A stretch of DNA of 64,000 bases from a virus. The position numbers and the translations under genes were made by a program. This document shows, piece by piece, positions 59,350 to 64,000 of the stretch. The notes beneath the pieces are model-generated. The model was given only the letters and a program-made list of their open reading frames with translations. It ran no database searches and was not told the DNA's origin. Location: the IMG/VR virus record IMGVR_UViG_3300050343_000185; one strand, written 5' to 3'. Each line of letters starts with the position of its first letter. The stretch's first letter is position 1.

Positions 59350-60057
59350 GAAAAAACTTGATAACCCGGAAAATACGACCCTCATTCTCAACACCAGTAT
59401 TTGGATTTTGTATTTTTATGGTGTGCTCTAGTTTAGGAGCAGATTCAAAGAATTTTTGAATTTTTTCAAATTGACTATTAGTAAGATTTTCTAAAAATTC
59501 TACAAATTCTTTTTTTGAAGTAGTAGAACTATCGTAAACATCTTCACCATCAAAAAGTTGATCAATACAACCAGAAATAATATCAATTATAGAATCAGCA
59601 GTTGGTTGTATCCCAATAATAGATCCAGTAACAAAAGTATCAAATTTTGGATATTTCATCACAATTCCCATATCATCAGATAACATAATTTTATTAGAAT
59701 GCCCTTCTGGTTTTGAACTCGAACTTCTAACAAATTAAGATTATAACGAACTTTTGTAGATCCATCATCTTGACATGTAATTGACAATTCTACAATTTCA
59801 CCAATCGACACAGCACGAATTTGGAGAAAAATGTATTCTAAATCAAAAATTGCTAAATCATCTAGTTTTACACGAGATTGAATACAACCTTTTAATAATT
59901 GTTTTACTGCATTTTCAATATGTTTCTCGTCTTCTGATTCCAACGCTAGTAAAAGTAATTTTTCTTCTTTTACTACAAATGGGCGATATTTGATTTTTTT
60001 GCCATTAGACGGAATTTCCAACTCATAGGTTGGAAGCACAACTTGTGGTAATGCCAT
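59344..60057 (-). CDS. gp26: Baseplate hub assembly protein gp26, split by indels
   Basis: LPTYELEIPSNGKKIKYRPFVVKEEKLLL, DLEYIFLQIRAVSIGE, MKYP; ends GLSSFFG* after correcting one base. Confidence 0.85.
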
Positions 60058-60158
60058 TATGTTCAGATCATATCATATTAATATTTAGTGCGACTTTTTT
60101 AAGCAAAAATGAGCAGGAAAAATTTTCCCACTTTCATGGAATTGAAAAATTAATTTTG

Positions 60159-60788
60159 CTATGCTGCACCACCATTAAAAATTTTAACTGCTTGTTCCAA
60201 TGGTTTTCCTGTTACTCCAGTAATATCTCTATCGATAGTATAGTGTCTCTGATATTTAAACTGAGCAGTAACCTTAGTAATTTGAGAAGATCCAAACTGA
60301 AGTGGAACAGCATCTATGGCATATGGATATGCCTTCTCCATGACATATGTGATTGGTTTTCTTTGTGTTGGCGAATCAGGACCAGTTTCAGATTTTGTAA
60401 TTTTTATAGTGCCAGCATATTCATTTCTATATTTTACTCTAACAGTTCTATTTTCTGATGTGCCAGTCTCATCAAACATAGATCCATACCACAAATTCAA
60501 AGATTTCAACAAGATTCAAATCAGCATCTAACATAAAAGAAAGTTGAAATTCAGTAAAGACCCTAGTATGTGGATAATCTACAGATGCCCAATCCAACAT
60601 AGAGACCATTTTGTGTCCCAGTAGCAGTATTTACATTTGGTAATTGTGCTTCATCACAAAAAATTCAACTTCCTTCAGAATTAAAACTACTGCCGCAGCA
60701 GGTTCTTCAAAACTAACAACAAAGTTATTACTAAATGACATACCGCCATTTTTTGCATACTGTGACATAAGAATCTATTGATTGACAC
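60159..60788 (-). CDS. Tail-tube-like baseplate protein (gp19/gp54 family), split by indels
   Basis: GMSFSNNFVV, CDEAQLPNV, AYPYAIDAVPL.FG..QITKVTAQF.Y; GTG start. Confidence 0.65.
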
Positions 60789-60819
60789 ACTAAATACCTA
60801 TGTTGGTCCTTCTATATTT

Positions 60820-61252
60820 ATGGCGTACTCTGGATTTTACAAACCTAAAAAATCCTACTAAGTACCGTGGCAATCCTTCAAACATTGTTTATAGGTCGCT
60901 ATGGGAACGTAAGTTCATGGTGTTCTGTGATAGTAATCCCTCAATAATCGAATGGGGTAGCGAAGAGATAATTATTCCCTATCGCGCACCCGATGGTAAA
61001 GTAAGACGATATTTTCCAGACTTTTACATTAAAGTAAAAGAAAAGAGTGGCAAACTTACTAAGTATATTATTGAGATCAAACCCAAAAAACAAACAAAAC
61101 CACCGAATGAGAAAAATAAAAAAACTGCTGCCTATCGTAATGCCGCACTGACTTACGTAAAGAACCAAACTAAATGGTCCGCTGCGCGAGAGTATTGTGA
61201 AGACAGGCAGATGAACTTCTTAATACTAACCGAAGATCACTTAGGAGTCTAA
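60820..61252 (+). CDS. gp4: Head completion nuclease gp4, 5' indel
   Basis: KYRGNPSNIVYRSLWERKFM..CD...W.SEE..IPY...RYFPDF, IEIKP; CTAAATA upstream. Confidence 0.92.
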
Positions 61253-61253
61253 A

Positions 61254-61944
61254 ATGGCAACCGGATTTGCGTCAGTCCAACGTAATAATACAAATAAGAA
61301 CTCAGGATATAAGACATTATTTGAAAGAGTAAGTAATTCTACAGGAGGAGAAAAGAAATCTCTAACTTGGTACAGATCTGCAGTAAAAGCAGAAGCAAGT
61401 AAATACAAAAAGAATTTTAACAAGTACATCTTAGACGAAAGAAAGATCGTGCTGGTGCTGTTAAAGAACAAGATAAGAATGAACTGCGTAGATATGCAGT
61501 AGCAGGTCATCTTTATATGTTTGAGTATAAGGCAAAGATGAAGTGGTTGCCTTACTATGATAGATTTCCTTTAGTGTATTGTTTTAAAGCACCAGGAAAG
61601 CATGAATTTTGGGGTGCTAACTTACACTACCTCTCTCCAAAGAAAAGATTGATTGTTACAAAGAAATTGATGCAAGGCAGAGTTTGACATACCTAAGATA
61701 TGTTTCCATAAATATCTCAGTAGTAATGTAGATGGATTATATCTTGACCTTGCTGCAGATGAATGGGACACTGCTATTCTTTTGCCAACCGAGGATTATG
61801 TGAAAAATGTTAACGGAAGAGATTTTCCTATCGATAAAAAAATCGTATGGGAAGAGACCGATGACAAATTCTACGATAAAATCTCAGGTCAAAGAATGAT
61901 TAAAGGATACGGTAGCTAAGCAGTCTAAGGAGATGGCTAAGTAA
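61254..61944 (+). CDS. gp2: DNA end protector gp2, split by indels
   Basis: SLTWYRSAV; GHLYMFEYKAK..LPYYDRFPLV, FWGANLHYL. Confidence 0.85.
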
Positions 61945-63163
61945 TGGCAGAAGAACAATCACCATCAGCACAACCTACACAAAACCCCTTAGCATATAAT
62001 CCTGGGAGGACTATTTTATATCTGGGGGTAAAACATATTGTTTATAAAACCGATGATTTTAATTTTGGTACTGGACAATTAAATTATACTTGGGCAAGAG
62101 CAACCATTTTCCTTTAAACCAGAAGGAGGAAAAACAGCTTGTCGCGCCACCAACCGGACTTATTGCTGCCGCGACAGGATATGACTTTCAAACACAAGCA
62201 GAAAATGAGATAGGAGACCTAGTCAACAAAGTTAATTATACGATCATTTGCACCTGTATCTAGACCTCCAGAAGGAGCAGGAACTCTTCGTTATCCTTTA
62301 CCAGGAGAAGGTGAAGGTGGAATATCACAAGATGGCGACTACGTATTATTTCAATTTTACGATTATGCGCCACCGTTTAGAGATAGAGATGGTATCGGTA
62401 GTGGGATTGATTATAACCAAGCAGGAGAATATACTGCCGCAGCAGGATATAAACCAATCATGCTTTATATGCCAGAAGATATTTCATCCGGATTTAAAGC
62501 AAATTGGGATGGCAAAAACATGAGTAACCTAGCTACCGATTCTTTACGTGCTGCAGGTCGTACCGGTACATTAAATAAACTTGGCGGAGCTCTAGAGGGT
62601 GCCGGTAATTTGGTTGATAAAGCTGGATGCACTAGCGGGTGCTGCAGCAATTCAAGCTGCTACATCAAAAATAGCAGGCGACTCCTCTATCGTATGATGA
62701 TATTTTTGGTGGTATATCTGGAGCAATCTTAAACCCAAATACAGAACTATTGTATGGTGGTACTCAACTGAGAAACATTCAATTAAGTTTTAAATTAGTT
62801 CCAAGACATCAAAAAGAATCTGTAGAAGTAAGTAAAATTATAACACAATTTAACAAAACATTACTTCCATCAAAGAGTCCAGGAAACGGTGTATTTAAAA
62901 TCAATAATAAGGGCACACAACTAGGGTTTATTGGAGTTCCAAAACTAGTAAAGTTTCATTTATGAAGGGATCAGGAGAGAATACTAGATTACCAAGATTT
63001 AAAATGTGTGCTCTAACATCATCTGATATAAACTATACTCCAGATGGAACTTATGCTACATATCTTGACGGACAACCAGTAGCAGTTGTTTACAATTAGT
63101 TTTCAAGAAACAAAAATTGTATTTTCAGAAGAAATTGCAAACGACTCAGAGTCAATAAGGTAA
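61944..63163 (+). CDS. gp48: Baseplate tail-tube cap gp48-like protein, split by indels
   Basis: LRYP, LYMPEDI, NPNTELLYGG..LR...SFKLVP, FKMCALT...INYTPDG.YA. Confidence 0.75.
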
Positions 63164-63164
63164 A

Positions 63165-63830
63165 ATGTATTTTTCACTCATTCCAAACATCTCATACGAT
63201 GAGAAACCAATTAGTTATCCATTTTCAAATTCTGATTTTGTAACTGCTAAAAATTTCTTTCGCAGATATAGAATTAACGATGATGTATTTTCGTATGCTG
63301 TTATTTTTCAAAAGTATTCAATTGAAGACGGCGAACGTCCAGATACATTAGCAGATAAAGCATACGGAGATCCATTCTATGATTGGATTATTGTTTTAAC
63401 AAATAATATGGTCAACGTCAAATATGATTGGCCAATGACAAACTACGAGATGTATAAGGTTCTAGAAAAAGAATACGATGATCCGTATGGAACTATTCAC
63501 CATTATGAAACAGACGAGATTGGACCATACAAAAAGGGTCAACGTGTTGATGAGACATTTTACAACGAGACGCACAAACTAAACATTGACGGTGCTATCA
63601 CAACAAAAAACGGCAACGAGATTTGTGGTCCCGTCACCGTTGCTGAGTGGTATAATAATGAGAATGAAAAGAAGAGAGAAATCTTTTTACTGAAACCTGC
63701 ATATCTAGAATCATTTATTAATGATTTCAGAAGACAAAATTTATACAAAAAAAGACGCTAACTTTATTAGTCAGCGTCTAAAGAAAACTGGTTGACTTTT
63801 TCGGGCAAAAAAATGCTAGAAAAATTTTCC
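63165..63830 (+). CDS. gp53: Baseplate wedge gp53, 3' end uncertain
   Basis: MYFSLIPNISY, GERPDTLADKAYGDPFYDWIIVLTNN, YENEKKREIFLLKP. Confidence 0.9.
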
Positions 63831-64000
63831 CAGTTTTATTCGTTTTGAAAAACCCATTTTGTAGCAACTAGGTTTTGCTAGTTGTGGGTCTTTTTTTAAT
63901 GCTCTAAACACATGACCGTGAACGTCTGCTTCATAAGTAAGGTGTGCTTTGGTATGCACGAACTGAATCACAAATAACATTCCAACAAACGTAAGGTTTA

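Noticed and set aside
56-60531. Plus-strand ORFs in the track opposite the minus-strand genes
   Set aside because: Shadow frames with no recognisable motifs, RBS or promoter support
1-64000. Many frameshifts in essential genes (gp7-like, gp5, gp26, gp48, gp2, fibres, cp12) as pseudogenes or programmed recoding
   Set aside because: Too many, scattered, often in homopolymers and in genes essential for a lytic phage; best explained as long-read or assembly consensus errors

Overview
A 64 kb piece of a T4-like marine cyanomyovirus genome (Kyanoviridae type, probably infecting Synechococcus). Almost all genes are on the minus strand. Left to right: baseplate wedge module (giant gp7-like protein, gp6, gp25, PAAR); an early region (about 11.3-22.1 kb) of small ORFs punctuated by at least 12 sigma70-like promoters that each carry the same upstream 22-bp dyad, and including a PD-(D/E)xK nuclease plus amino-methyltransferase pair; an AT-rich block of 2OG-Fe(II) oxygenases; a tail fibre/collar module ending in a gene of about 12.2 kb; cpeT and four tRNAs; purS; an outer-membrane beta-barrel; gp5, cp12, hub, tape-measure-like muramidase, gp51/gp26; and, on the plus strand, gp4, gp2, gp48, gp53. 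The sequence has many single-base indels that split conserved genes, most likely consensus errors, so many gene ends are approximate. The most striking observation is that the giant fibre protein contains about five helical repeats that align by eye with phycobiliprotein subunits. They keep Cys residues equivalent to both the alpha84/beta82 and the beta153-155 bilin attachment sites, and the gene lies just downstream of the phage T-type bilin lyase cpeT. All homology calls are from motif recognition; no searches were run.
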